From Ranitomeya imitator (Eukaryota): a stretch of DNA of 64,000 nucleotides. The notes below the pieces were generated by a model that was given only the letters and a program-made list of their open reading frames with translations, made no database searches and was not told the DNA's origin. A program made the translations under genes and the position numbers. Shown one piece after another: positions 25,984 through 39,500 of this stretch (position 1 is the stretch's first letter; the number at the start of each line of letters is the position of its first letter). The stretch spans positions 15,500,001 through 15,564,000 of the forward strand of contig NC_091289.1 of the NCBI RefSeq assembly GCF_032444005.1, given 5' to 3'.

Positions 25984-26830
25984 CACTATGTAGACCAAAG
26001 TATGTGCACCCCACATCCCCTCCAGGAGCTTTTTTGATCATTAATATGGAGTTGGCTCCTCTGCAGATATAACGGCTCCCGCTCTCCTGGGAGGGATTTC
26101 TACCAGATTTGGAGGAGTCTGTGGGAGTTTTTGCCCCTTCATCCAGAAATGAATTTGTGAGGTCAGACCCTGATGTTGGGAGGGAAGTCGGGGTCACAGT
26201 CTCCAGTCTAGGATGGGGCTGAGGTCCGCTCTCTGCTGCTGCTCATGTTTCCACCATATCTATATGGAGCTTGTGCACTGGGCTCAGTCATAGTGGCCAT
26301 AAAAGGGTCTTCACCAAACTGTTCCAACAAAGCTGAAGCTACAGTTATCCACAATGTCTTATTCTGAAGATGAAGATTTCCCATCACTGGAGCTGAGAGA
26401 CCGAGACTGATCCCTGATCACAGCGCATACCATTATCCCCCTCCGCTATCTGTACAGGGGGCACAATGCAGTCAGGGGGTAACGTCATCCTGGAATCACG
26501 AAACCCAGACTCCTCCATCAGACGCTGAGAAATGCGATCCATCACTGCACAGAACACGTCTCCTCCAGAGTCCAGTGGTGGCGGCTTTACACCACTCCAT
26601 CCGACGCTCGGCATTGTGCTTGGTGATGTACGGCTGCATGCAGCTGCTCGGCCATGAAGCTCCTGAAGGGGGCGCAGTGTTTGTGCTGATATTAATACCA
26701 GAGGAGGTCTGGACTCTGCAGTTATGGGGTCAGCAGATCGGTGGTGACCTTTCTGCCCTATAGACGCAGGGTCGCACTTGGACGTGACCGCTCTGATAGT
26801 CCGGCATGCATCGGGTCCTCCTGACATATT
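25984..26830 (-). mobile_element. Degenerate Tc1/mariner transposon relic
   Basis: Minus strand gives broken Tc1 transposase pieces (PYITKHNAERRMEWCK, PDCIVPPV, LLEQFGEDP, DLSPI-like) and a Tc1-like right end near 25984. Multiple frameshifts; boundaries approximate. Confidence 0.75.
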
Positions 26831-27736
26831 TTCTATATTGTGTTCTCTTATCCAGTTTTCAGGAGATTAGATATTTTTTTTATTTGCCATCTGTGAATCC
26901 GAAGCGCGACCGTCGGCCCCTCAGTTATTGCGCCTCCGATTTCGCCGTCATTGCTGTTTATGGACGTGCGGCGGAGCAGATGGTTTGCGGGCAGAGACGC
27001 CGCTCTTAGAAAAGCTATTTTGACAGAAAGGTCAGAAGAATCAATAAAAGTGGAAATAAACAAAAGGTCTCGGAGAGACGAGGAGCTCCATGTACCGCGG
27101 CGATATTAATACAGCGAGGAAAGATGAGATCCGCAGCGTACGGCCGGCCGAGGAGTGCGCCGTATATTTCCCAGCATAATAACAACCTATTTTTGTGTCT
27201 GCACCATATGGCGACACGTGCACTGTACATGGGTACGTTATATGGATCGGATGGCTCCTGTGTTTGTCCCGACCATGGAGCTCAATGCTGTTAAAACACA
27301 TCTAAAACTATCATGTGACCGGGGTATTTCTGGAGCCGATGAATGGATGTGACTGAGCCCCGGGCAGATATTTTCCCCCCAAGAAAATGTCTGCATCGTA
27401 CGAATGTAAGATCACAGCTCCTGGTGACGTCCGATGCACTGGATTTATCACTGCTCTCCAACGATTCAATTACCGCCGCAGATCAGAGATGCAGTACCAG
27501 ACGCAACCCATTGCAGAGGGTGGCACTGTTTTCAGAAGAAAGCAGCCATGTTATTCTAATCATATGCAACCCCTTTAATTGCTCAAAGGGGTGAAGGAAG
27601 AGTTTATCATGTACAGATTGTAGCTAATCATATAACTTGCAATATATGTTTGGCTGTAATACTAGACTTGACCAGTAGAGGGGGAGCTCTTCTCTGCCTT
27701 CGACTCCTGACAGTGGGAATGATCGTAAGGGTTCAC

Positions 27737-29062
27737 ACAGCCAATAAAAACCCGAAAGTCATTATCTCAGTAAATTAGAATAATTAACAAAAAACACCTG
27801 TAAAGCCTCCTAAGTGTTTATAAAAGGTCCCTTAGTCTGTTTCAGTAGCTCCACAATCATGGGGAAGACTCTGACCTGACAGATGTCCAGAAGGCGTCAC
27901 TGACACACTCCACAAGGAGGGGAAGCCACAACAGGTTATTGGTAAAGAAGCCGGCTGTTCACACAGTGCTGTATCCAAGAATATTAATGGAAAGTGGATA
28001 ACCGCAGCCTGGAAAGGATTGTTAAGAAAAGGCCATTCCGTAATTTTGGGGAGATTCACAAGGAGTGGACTGCTGCTGGAGTCATTGCTTCACCACACAC
28101 AGACGTCTCCAGGACATTGGCTACACTGTCACATTCCTTGTGTCCGGCCACTCATGACCAATAGACAACGCCAGAAGCGTCTTACCTGGGCCAAGGAGAA
28201 AAAGAACCGGACTGTTGTCAGGGGTCCAAGGTGTTGTGTTCAGAGGAAAGTAAATTTTTCATTTCATTTGGAAATCAAGGTCCCAGAGTCTGGAGGAAGA
28301 GTGGAGAGGACACAATCCAAGCTGCTGGAGGTCTGGTGTGAAGTCTCCACAATCAGTGATGGTTTGGGAGCCATGTCATCTGCTGGTGTAGGTCCACTGT
28401 GTTTTATCAAGGCCAAAGTCAGCGCAGCCGTCTACCAGGAAATGTTAGAGCACTTCATGCTTCCCTCTGCTGACAAGCTTTATGGAGGTGGAAATGTCAT
28501 TCTCCAGCTGGACTTGGCCCCGGTCCACACGGCCAAAAGTACCAATACCTGGTGTAAAAACAACAGTATCACTGGGCTTGATTGGCAGCAAACTCACCTA
28601 ACCTTAACCCCATAGAGAATCTATGGAGTATTGTCAGGAGGAAGATGAGACACCAGACCCAACAATGCAGACGAGCTGAAGGCTGCTATCAAAGCAACCT
28701 GGGCTTCCATAACCCCTCAGCAGCACCACAGGCTGATCGTCTCCATGCCACACCGCACTGATGCAAAAGGAGCCCGACCAAGTATTGAGTGCATTTACTG
28801 TACATGCATCTCATTAGAGAACATTTCGGATTTTAAAATCATTTTTCAATCTGGTGTTATAAAGTATTCTAATTTACTGAGATAATGACTTTTGACGTTT
28901 TTATTGGCTGTAAGCCATAATCATCAACATTAACAGAAATAAACACATGAAATAGATCACTCTGTGTGTAATGACTCTATAGAATATAGGAGTTTCACTT
29001 TTTGTATTGAACTGAAATAAATTAACTTTTTGATGATATTCTAATTTTGTGAGAATCACCGG
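27737..29062 (+). mobile_element. Tc1/mariner transposon with a disrupted transposase
   Basis: ATG at 27859 (MGKT). Motifs RQKRLTWAKEKK, GVGPLCFIK, ILQLDLAPVHTAKST and NPIENLW occur in shifting frames. 27737-27781 is an inverted copy of about 28865-28912. The right end is ...CTAATTTTGTGAGAATCACCGG|TA and the left TIR is truncated. Confidence 0.9.
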
Positions 29063-32000
29063 TACGTCCATGGGTCACTTTGCAGAAATCGTGCATGTGT
29101 CCTATTACTGGTAATGGGGAGCGTGCACACAACAAAAACATTCCTTCTCATTGGCGGCTTTCAATGCAAAAATGGGAGATGCAACATAGTCCCCTTTAAA
29201 AACATACACTCTCCTAAAATACTCTGTGCTGCTGGTCATTCTCATGGCTGTAAGTGACTTACCCCATGTGTATCAGACTGGAAGCCAGTATTATATCACC
29301 TCTGATAAATATAAGCTTAATGTCTCCTCTCCATCACGTCTCGATCCCCAAGGATCGGCGTCATGGCCGCTTCCACGGTCCCTGAATGAGCGAGCGGGAT
29401 CAGAGAGAAGCTTTAATGACTGATCACCGGCCTGATTGTAATACACTAATGGCAGAAGGGGTAATCCTCCGAGACCCCTTATCTCCCACCCCTCCAGCTG
29501 CGTCTGCACTACATATCCCAGCATGCACAACTCACTCTGCCAATAATCCTCAATCAGGGCAATGCAAGAGTTAAAAACCCCGGATGCTGTAATGAAGGAT
29601 ACGACTTATGAGGGTCCCCGGGGTCTTTCCATTAGGAAACAAGGATGATGAATGGCGTAATATCGAGTGAATGTCACCCGCAGGATCCATTTTGAATATA
29701 TTGGTGTAATGTGTCACCATTATTATCGTTAAGATTAATGATCAGAAATGTCACAACCAAGAAAATAATTAACTATAAGGGTCCCCGGCTCCCCCCCGAG
29801 AGGGCTCTCGCCTATCAACCAGAATGGGAAGGAAACATCAAGAGCGTCTCCCCCTCTGGAGGATCCGGCGCATCCATACATGACATGGATTGTGTAATAC
29901 TCCATTTCTCCTGCGGGGGCACTGCAGTAAAATTCAATACCTTTTTCTGGGTTCATTCACAGATCACATCTGATCTTTGTAGATCACCTTGTGATTTGTT
30001 TAGTAGGGGATCCTTTTAATAAAAAAAAAAAAAAAATCCCCAAAAAGATAACTCCTTTAAACAACCCCTTTTTGACACCCTAAAAAAAAAAAGATCGGCC
30101 AAAGTTGACAACACCTCTAACCATTCGAGCCTCTGTGATCCTCCAGAGACTCCCAGGGATCAGCTGTAATCTGGGAGGAAACTATTCAGTTTCTCTGCAG
30201 CACGCCCGCAGGGGAGATGAGGTATTGCACTGTTCTCATTGAAATCAATGGATGACTGGTGTAACACATGGACGTGTCGGGTCCTCCAAGGCGAGAGATG
30301 CTCTTATAGGTGGGACGGGAATGGGAGCCCCTAATGAAATCTGAATTTCCAAATGGGATATTAGAAAGTAGGGATTACAAACCAGACATCCCCTTTAAGA
30401 TAAATTCTTGTCTTTAAGGGATAAAATGTTGAAAATAGCCCATGATCCAGCAGCGTAACATCTGATGAACGCAAAATTCTTAGGAATGAAAATTAAAAAA
30501 AACAAAACACTTTTATGTGCAATACTTGCCTGGCTCAGACCACTGGTAGCCCCCGCCACGCCATTGTGGGGGTCTCCATTACTTCCCTTGGAATGGTTTA
30601 CAGATTGGGCTGCAAACGTAAGACACCTCTATAGTCACAGGGGCCGACATACAGCTCCTTGTATCTCCGATTCCGCTGGTGCGAAAGTGCAGATATTACG
30701 ATTAATACAGTATTTGACCACAAGAGGGAGCCACAGGGCTAAATGTGGGAAAGGGATAATTTATGGACTGAATGGTGACAGCTTTATTGCCGGAATCTGA
30801 TTGGCTGCTGTAAATCTATACCAATAAATCTATTTAGTCTCTTGCTCCTCCTGGCGATGACTTTCTACAGTTGTCAGATATTTTTCCGTACGCATTATAG
30901 ATATATGTGATGTATGATTTAGCTACTGTATGATATATAAATCTTATGATTTATTTATATCGATCGTGATAATGGAAGATAATTTTCTCCAGTTGTTCTG
31001 CTGTATTGGTCTCTCTGGGGGGCGCTCTGCCCACGTGGGGCAGTTGGGCCATACACCATCATATACCCCAGTGAGGAGCCGTCTCATCTCCTGACGTGTT
31101 TGTATGAGAAAAACTTACATTTGTCATGAAATAACCATCATCTTTTTGTATTTTGCCATTTTGCCGTTCCTCTGTTATTACTCCTGGAAATGTTTGAATA
31201 AATTCCCGTTCCTCCCTAAACACTTTGAAACTGATGGGACAATATCTGGACATGTAAGGACACCCTCCCGGTTGCTAACACCCAAATTTATTAATACATT
31301 TGGAAGAGGAATAATAATGGATTGGAACAACACTAATATCTAAAAAAAAAAAAAAAAGGACTTTAAGTCAAAGAATACACGGATTTACTAAAACCGGCAA
31401 GTCTGGGTCGTGACAGCGACTTTTCAGTCTTATAAAAAGCTTCAAATTCTCACTGTCTGCTGTCGCCACTAGGGGGAGCTGACTGCATAAGAATCAATGA
31501 GCTCATTGGAAACTCCAGATATAGGAATCTCCCCCTAGTGGTGACTGCAGGAAAGGCATCATGCTCCATTGCTGTGGACCAGTGACCGAGATGTGTGCAG
31601 CGCTTTGTCCATTTTACCTTGGGCTATCGCGGGCCCTGGTGATTCTGATATCAGGCATCTCTACTTTCCTGATGTTCTGCACTATGTTTCCTCTGCAGAG
31701 TCCCGGAGCCGGCGCTGCAGTATAAATACATCCCATAGTGGCACCTTCATAGCCGGACTGCAATGCAGAGATCGGATGCAAAGTCTTCTGTAATCAGGTG
31801 ACATCTGCAGATGCAGCGGGGGCAGGGAACATCCCAGCATTTAGGATATGCACCTGTCCTATAGAGCTGCATAGCGCCCCCTATGTATCGCATGCCATTT
31901 ACAATTCTGATGTCTTTGAGCACCTCAGGCACCAGAACCCAGATGGGACCGCGACCTCTGCCCCCGCCTGTTGCTTCGCCCCAGTTCTCATTTCCTCTGG

Positions 32001-32375
32001 TGGGATCAAGGCTGTCCAGTCCGAGTCTGCCTCTACTTGAGAAATCTGAATATTTCCTTACATCTATGTTTGGTATTTGTTCTGTTGTTTGCCACCTTGG
32101 CTTTGTCCTGTTACACAGCTCCAAATCCCCTGCACAGACATAAAGTGAAAGGAGAAACTTCTGGCTTCCTGCAGCCGTCAATAGGGGGAGCTCAGGAGCT
32201 TACTGCAAAACAGTCAATGCACCTGGAGCTGTACAGGTCTGTATGAAGTGAGCTCCCCCTGCTGGTGACAGTGGGTAGTCAGAAGTTAATATATACTGTA
32301 ATACTGTATATATTAGCTCCAATCTCCATAAAGATAGTTGATAGAGAAAATAGCTACCGTACTTCCTGCTTCACA

Positions 32376-33195
32376 GATGTCACCTCTGACCTCCACTTTC
32401 CTCTCTGATGTCACCTCTGACCTCTACTTATCTCACTGATATCACCTCTGACCTCCACTTTCCTCTCTGATTTCACCGCTGACCTCCGCTTTCCTCTCTG
32501 ATTTCACCTCTGACCTCCACTTTCCTCTCTGATTTCACCGCTGACCTCCGCTTTCCTCTCTGATTTCACCTCTGACCTCCACTTTCCTCTCTGATTTCAC
32601 CGCTGACCTCCACTTTCCTCTCTGATATCACCTCTGACCTCCGCTTTCCTCTCTGATGTCACCTCTGACCTCCGCTTTCCTCTCTGATGTCACCTCTGTC
32701 CTCCACTTCCCTCTCTGATGTCACCTCTGACCTCCACTTCCCTCTCTGATGTCACCTCTGACCTCCGCTTTCCTCTCTGATGTCACCTCTGACCTCCACT
32801 TTCCTCTCTGATGTCACCTCTGACCTCCACTTTCCTGTCTGATGTCACCTCTGACCTCCACTTTCCTGTCTGATGTCACCTCTGACCTGCACTTCCCTCT
32901 CTGATATCACCTCTGACCTCCGCTTTCCTCTCTGATGTCACCTCTGACCAGCACTTCCCTCTCTGATTTCACATCTGACCTCCACTTCCCTCTCTGATGT
33001 CACCTCTGACCTCCACTTCCCTCTCTGATGTCACCTCTGACCTCCACTTCCCTCTCTGATGTCACCTCTGACCTCCACTTCCCTCTCTGATGTCACCTCT
33101 GACCTCCACTTCCCTCTCTGATGTCACCTCTGACCTCCACTTCCCTCTCTGATGTCACCTCTGACCTCCGCTTTCCTCTGATTTCACCTCTGATC
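32376..33195 (+). repeat. 31-bp pyrimidine-rich minisatellite
   Basis: Unit GATGTCACCTCTGACCTCCACTTTCCTCTCT, about 26 copies. Confidence 0.95.
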
Positions 33196-33764
33196 TAATA
33201 GTTTACGAATTGACACCTGGCGAGTGATGGAAATGTGAGCGGACTGCCAGGAGGAGCTGAGAGAGGGACTCCCTGGGCGACCAGGTGTTTGGTAATGGAA
33301 GCTTCATGAGAACCAGTATGGCTGACGTTAGATTCTGAAAGGCGTCAAGTCACAAACCGGTGAGTGTAAAAGTGATGGTAAATGTCGAGGGTGGCGGGTG
33401 ACCCTTCGGGCTCTGTAATGGCTGCGTAGCCCCCCGGTCGCTTGTGTATTAGGGCAGGTAAGTCTCTTTATGGAGAGTGCCAGGTCAGGAAATGCTTCCT
33501 GGGAAGAAAGTTATGTAAATGAGCTCTTCTCCCAAGGAAAGAAAGAAAGTCGGCGTGTGGGGGGGTGCGGAGCTTTTCTGCTATGGCAGAATGGCCGCTG
33601 ATTGCGGCTCTTAATCAGTAACTTCCCGCTTTCCTCGGGGACCGTCTTACGTTTAGCATTTCAGTGAGATTTCTCCTTGTGTCGTCCTTGTCAGCGCCGC
33701 ACTCCTATAAATACGCCGGGAAGTCGCTGTTTATTGCTTGTCGTAGACGCTATTATACATCATC

Positions 33765-34590
33765 TCCTGGGAAAGCTGGGTAACAAGCAGTTCATCTCCG
33801 ACTGGGACCACACACGGCTTTTGTATCATTGCGATATCTATTGAGCTGTGTTTTTGTTTTCATTTACTGCTCTACTGCTAAGTTGCAGATAATTCACCAT
33901 TTAGGTTTTTGGGAAAGTTGGGTGACGACCATCGTTCTGTTTGTGAGTCGCTGCAGCTTCTAGTAATCTTGCGTCACGTCTTCAATTGGACCTCCCCACC
34001 TACATCTGCCCTGGAACAGATGACGCTGGCATAAAATGGGTTGTCACCCAACTTTCTCAAACACCTGAACGGCAAATCTGTTACAAAGTGATATGGAAGT
34101 AATGATTTATTATCGGATCAATAAACGATTTTTCATTTTGGATTCTAGGAAAGCTGGGTGAGAACCACCTAATGTTGGTTGCCACTTAGCTTTTCTATAC
34201 TCCTGAGTGGCAGGGCAGCCCGGACAAATAGCATTGTGGGATTGGATGTCCATCACTGGACCACTAAGAAGGTTTACCATTCAGGAGTCTTGGAAAGCTG
34301 AACTATAATCTCCTTATTGGTGAATATACGACAATCACATTTAAAAGATTATTAGCAATATTGCTCTGGATCACTACCATGGAAAAGCTGAGTGACTATC
34401 TCCTATTGACGGTCCTATTGCTGGTTACCCAGCTTTCCTAGACACCTGAACAGGAAATGTATGCAGTAATGTGGGATTACGGGTATCTCTCTGGGTCAGT
34501 AAGTACCTGTTTCATTCAGGTGTCTGGGAATGCCGAGTGACTACTCCCTATAGGTGGCCATATTAGTTGTCACCCAGCTTTCCCACAAAC
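33765..34590. repeat. Degenerate array of alternating direct and inverted motifs
   Basis: GGAAAGCTGGGTGAC-like copies near 33770, 33912, 34149, 34381 and 34526; reverse copies GTCACCCAGCTTTCC-like near 34041, 34178, 34424 and 34566. Confidence 0.6.
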
Positions 34591-34778
34591 ACATGTAGCC
34601 AAGAACCGGCCGTATAGAATTTCTAACCAAAGACATCATTGGATTTTTTTTATATTTCAGGGGTAAATACCCTTTAAACATCAAAATGGGTCCAAGAAAA
34701 ATGACCCCCCCAAATTGTCGTCCCTGCGGTGGGAGCGTCGGACGCGTGATCCCGGATTCTGTCTCATTCGTTTGTCAG

Positions 34779-34994
34779 GGACTGGGGAGAAAGCGAGAGA
34801 AGAGGAGGAGGAGGAGGAGGAGGAGGAACAGAGGCAGATACAGCGTGAAGAGCAGCGGAGGCACAACATGCTGGATGGAGTCTGCCACCCTCCGTGGCAT
34901 CTGCCCACCGTACCAGGACTACAGCCATAGCAGCGTGCCCCCCGGACCACCTCTAGGACGCAGGACGCCACCGGGAGAGGGAAGTTCTGTATTT
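34779..34994 (+). other. Possible exon of an unidentified transcript, containing (GAG)8
   Basis: Acceptor TTTGTCAG| at 34778 and donor TTT|GTAAGT at 34994. ATG at 34875 opens 40 codons to the donor. An upstream donor CCG|GTGAGT lies at 33359. No homology recognised. Confidence 0.25.
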
Positions 34995-35405
34995 GTAAGT
35001 GGGCTCCGAAGTGCTGGCACAGAGGACGGGGAGCACTCACGGTAATCGCTTCTTGTGTCATTACTATGGGGGCATGTGGGCAATGCCGCTCTCTGGAGCT
35101 CGCCAGGCTGGCACAGCAGGACGCCAGGAATTTGAGTGGAGGGCTCCTGAACGTATAGAGTCCACCTATAGGAACAATATGGCGACATTTTTAATTTGCG
35201 CTAAACTTAAGAAAAAAAAATGAAAATACAACCTCGTCATGAGATGCGCCATCACGCGGTGAATATCACTGGGGTATTTGTGCCCCGGCCATTAGGGGGC
35301 GCAAGGAAGGGTCTGTGGGTGCGATGTAGCGGGCAAGGGATTTGGATCAACTTTGGAACACGCTGTGACCATGGCATGCTGGGGGTTGTGGTTCTGCAGT
35401 AGCAT

Positions 35406-35900
35406 GCTGATACTTCTAGTTCTTCATTCTCTGTGAGTCCCCAGCTGCGTACTGCTCATCTACAGACATCTGGTATGCTGATACTTGTAGTTCTTCATTC
35501 TCTGTGAGTCCCAAGCTGCGTACTGCTCATCTACAGACATCTGGTATGCTGATACTTGTAGTTCTTCATTCTCTTTGACTCACTGGCTGCATACTACTCA
35601 TCTGTAGACATCTGGTATGCTGATACTTGTAGTCCTTCATTCTCTTTGACTCACTGGCTGCATACTACTCATCTGTAGACATCTGGTATGCTGATACTTG
35701 TAGTCCTCATTCTCTGTGAGTCCTTAGGCTGAGTACTGCTCATCTGTAGACATCTGGCATGCTGATACTTGTCTAGCTGTGATCTGTAAACCTTAGATAT
35801 TGCTGATACTTGTAGTTCTACAACCTTCACATAGTCTAAGGTAGCCTGCTGCTGATCTGTAGACTTGAGGTTTTAATAGAACGCTGATACTTGTAGTTCT
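35406..35900 (+). repeat. 71-bp tandem repeat, about 5 clear units plus degenerate copies
   Basis: GCTGATACTT recurs at 35406, 35477, 35548, 35619, 35690 and 35761. Confidence 0.9.
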
Positions 35901-36316
35901 ACAACCACCAAAGAGTCACTGGGAACCTGTCTGTGATCTATAGATCTCAAATAAGAAGGTATGCTGAGACTTGTAGTGCTGCAACCTTCAAGCAGCATTA
36001 GGATGTGAAATAGAAACTTTGGGTAATTGTAAATAAAAGAATCCTGGTGTTTGTAGTGCAGATAGTCCAGGCTGCCTGTAGTCCATAGAACTGTATGTGA
36101 GGGTAATGTGGGACTTGTAGTGCTGTACAGCTGGGCTGATTGATCTCCATCTGAACTCGTAATTTTCTACTTTTATTTTCCTGCTTTTCCGGATGTTTCC
36201 GCTGGTCGGATCCCGCCTGGTCCTGTGCTGCCAGGAGTCACAGTAGGAGGCTCGTCAGCGTCAGTCACTGTTATATTACAGGTCATTGTGGTTCTCAGTT
36301 GTGCGGCAGATGGGAC

Positions 36317-36595
36317 ATTGTGCCTGGCACAGTCGGGGATATGAGGCTGGCGCTGATTGCGGTATTGTGCCTGGCACAGACGGGGATATGAGGCTGGCGC
36401 TGATTGCGGTATTGTGCCTGGCACAGTCGGGGATATGAGGCTGGCGCTGTTTGGGGTATTGTGCCTGGCACAGTCGGGGATATGAGGCTGGCGCTGATTG
36501 GGGTATTGTGCCTGGCACAGTCGGGGATATGAGGCTGGCGCTGATTGGGGTGTTGTGCCTGGTACAGTCAGGGATATGAGGCTGGCGCTGATTGG
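36317..36595 (+). repeat. 47-bp tandem repeat, about 6 units
   Basis: Unit ATTGTGCCTGGCACAGTCGGGGATATGAGGCTGGCGCTGATTGCGGT; grades into the 24-bp array. Confidence 0.93.
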
Positions 36596-39500
36596 GACAT
36601 TGTGGCTGGCGCTGTATGGAGCGTTGTGGCCGGCATTGTATGTGGCGTTGTGGCCGGCACTGTATGGAGCGTTGTGGTCGGCGCTGTATGGGGCGTTGTG
36701 GCCGGCACTGTATGGAGCGTTGTGGTCGGCGCTGTATGGGGCGCTGTGGCCGGCACTGTATGGAGCGCTGTGGTCGGCGCTGTATGGGGCGTTGTGGCCG
36801 GCACTGTATGGAGCGTTGTGGTCGGCGCTGTATGGGGCGCTGTGGCCGGCACTGTATGGGGCGTTGTGGTCGGCGCTGTATGGGGAGTTGTGGTCGGCAC
36901 TGTATGGAGTGTTGTGGTCGGCGCTGTATGGGGCGTTGTGGCCGGCACTGTATGGGGAGTTGTGGTCGGCGCTGTATGGGGAGTTGTGGTCGGCACTGTA
37001 TGGGGCGTTGTGGTCGGCGCTGTATGGGGCGTTGTGGCTGGCACTGTATGGGGCGTTGTGGCCGGCACTGTATGGGGTGTTGTGGTTGGAGCTGTATGGG
37101 GCGTTGTGGCCGGCGCTGTATGGAGCGTTGTGGCCGGGTTCTGTATGGAGCGTTGTGGTCGGCATTGTATGGAGCGTTGTGGCCGGCACTGTATGGGGCG
37201 TTGTGGTCGGCGCTGTATGGAGCGCTGTGGCCGGCACTGTATGGGGCGTTGTGGTTGGAGCTGTATGGAGTGTTGTGGTCGGCACTGTATGGGGTGTTGT
37301 GGCTGGCGCTGTATGGGGCGTTGTGGCCGGTGCTGTATGGGGCGTTGTGGCCGGCGCTGTATGGGGCGTTGTGGTCGGCGCTGTATGGAGCTCTGTGGCC
37401 GGCACTGTATGGGGCGTTGTGGTTGGAGCTGTATGGAGTGTTGTGGGCGGCACTGTATGGGGCGTTGTGGTCGGCGCTGTATGGGGCGCTGTGGCCGGCA
37501 CTGTATGGAGCGTTGTGGTCGGCGCTGTATGGGGCGTTGTGGCCGGCACTGTATGGGGCGTTGTGGTTGGAGCTGTATGGAGTGTTGTGGTCGGCACTGT
37601 ATGGAGCGTTGTGGTCGGCGCTGTATGGGGCGCTGTGGCCGGCACTGTATGGAGCGTTGTGGTCGGCGCTGTATGGGGCGTTGTGGCCGGCACTGTATGG
37701 AGCGTTGTGGTCGGCGCTGTATAGGGCGCTGTGGCCGGCACTGTATGGGGCGTTGTGGTCGGCGCTGTATGGGGAGTTGTGGTCGGCACTGTATGGAGTG
37801 TTGTGGTCGGCACTGTATGGGGCGTTGTGGCTGGCACTGTATGGGGCGTTGTGGCCGGCACTGTATGGGGTGTTGTGGTTGGAGCTGTATGGGGCGTTGT
37901 GGCCGGCGCTGTATGGAGCGTTGTGGCCGGGTTCTGTATGGAGCGTTGTGGTCGGCATTGTATGGGGCGTTGTGGCCGGCACTGTATGGGGCGTTGTGGT
38001 CGGCGCTGTATGGAGCGTTGTGGTCGGCATTGTATGGGGCGTTGTGGCCGGCACTGTATGGGGCGTTGTGGTCGGCGCTGTATGGAGCGCTGTGGCCGGC
38101 ACTGTATAGGGCGTTGTGGTTGGAGCTGTATGGAGTGTTGTGGTCGGCACTGTATGGGGCGCTGTGGCTGGCGCTGTATGGAGTGTTGTGGCTGGCGCTG
38201 TATGGAGCGCTGTGGCCGGCACTGTATGAGGCGTTGTGGTTGGAGCTGTATGGAGTGTTGTGGTCGGCACTGTATGGGGCGCTGTGGCTGGCGCTGTATG
38301 GAGTGTTGTGGCTGGCGCTGTATGGAGCGCTGTGGCCGGCACTGTATGAGGCGTTGTGGTTGGAGCTGTATGGAGTGTTGTGGTCGGCACTGTATGGGGC
38401 GCTGTGGCTGGCGCTGTATGGAGTGTTGTGGCTGGCGCTGTATGGAGCGCTGTGGCCGGCACTGTATGAGGCGTTGTGGTTGGAGCTGTATGGAGTGTTG
38501 TGGCCGGTGCTGTATGGGGCGTTGTGGCCGGCACTGTATGGAGCGTTGTGGTCGGCACTGTATGGAGTGTTGTGGCCGGTGCTGTATGGGGCGTTGTGGC
38601 CGGCGCTGTATGGGGCGTTGTGGTCGGCGCTGTATGGGGTGTTGTGGCCGGCGCTGTATGGGGTGTTGTGGCCGGCGCTGTATGGAGTGTTGTGGTCGGC
38701 ACTGTATGGAGCGTTGTGGTCGGCACTGTATGGAGTGTTGTGGCCGGTGCTGTATGGGGTGTTGTGGCCGGCGCTGTATGGGGTGTTGTGGCCGGCGCTG
38801 TATGGGGCGTTGTGGTCGGCGCTGTATGGGGTGTTGTGGCCGGCGCTGTATGGAGTGTTGTGGTTGGAGCTGTATGGGGCGTTGTGGTCGGCACTGTATG
38901 GAGCGTTGTGGTCGGCACTGTATGGAGTGTTGTGGTCGGCACTGTATGGGGTGTTGTGGCTGGCGCTGTATGGGGCGTTGTGGTCGGAGCTGTATGGAGT
39001 GTTGTGGCCGGCGCTGTATGGGGTGTTGTGGCCGGCGCTGTATGGGGCGTTGTGGTCGGCGCTGTATGGGGTGTTGTGGTCGGCGCTGTATGGAGCGTTG
39101 TGGTCGGCGCTGTATGGAGCGTTGTGGTCGGCACTGTATGGGGTGTTGTGGCTGGCGCTGTATGGGGTGTTGTGGCCGGTGCTGTATGGGGCGTTGTGGC
39201 CGGCGCTGTATGGGGCGTTGTGGCCGGCGCTGTATGGAGCGTTGTGGTCGGCACTGTATGGGGCGTTGTGGTCGGCGCTGTATGGAGCGCTGTGGCCGGC
39301 ACTGTATAGGGCGTTGTGGTTGGAGCTGTATGGAGTGTTGTGGTCGGCACTGTATGGGGTGTTGTGGCTGGCGCTGTATGGGGTGTTGTGGCCGGTGCTG
39401 TATGGGGCGTTGTGGCCGGCACTGTATAGGGCGTTGTGGTTGGAGCTGTATGGAGTGTTGTGGTCGGCACTGTATGGGGTGTTGTGGCTGGCGCTGTATG

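Noticed and set aside
28019-28615. 198-aa ORF as a host gene
   Set aside because: It is a patchwork of Tc1 transposase frames in a frameshifted element.
34715-34930. Poly-Glu ORF (EEEEEEEEEE)
   Set aside because: Explained by a (GAG)n microsatellite; its ATG lies upstream of the likely acceptor and it ends in an early stop.
36173-36290. Minus-strand peptide TCNITVTDADEPP resembling a cadherin repeat end
   Set aside because: The match is very short, there is no upstream cadherin sequence, it is fused to repeat-derived sequence and a stop follows shortly; probably chance.
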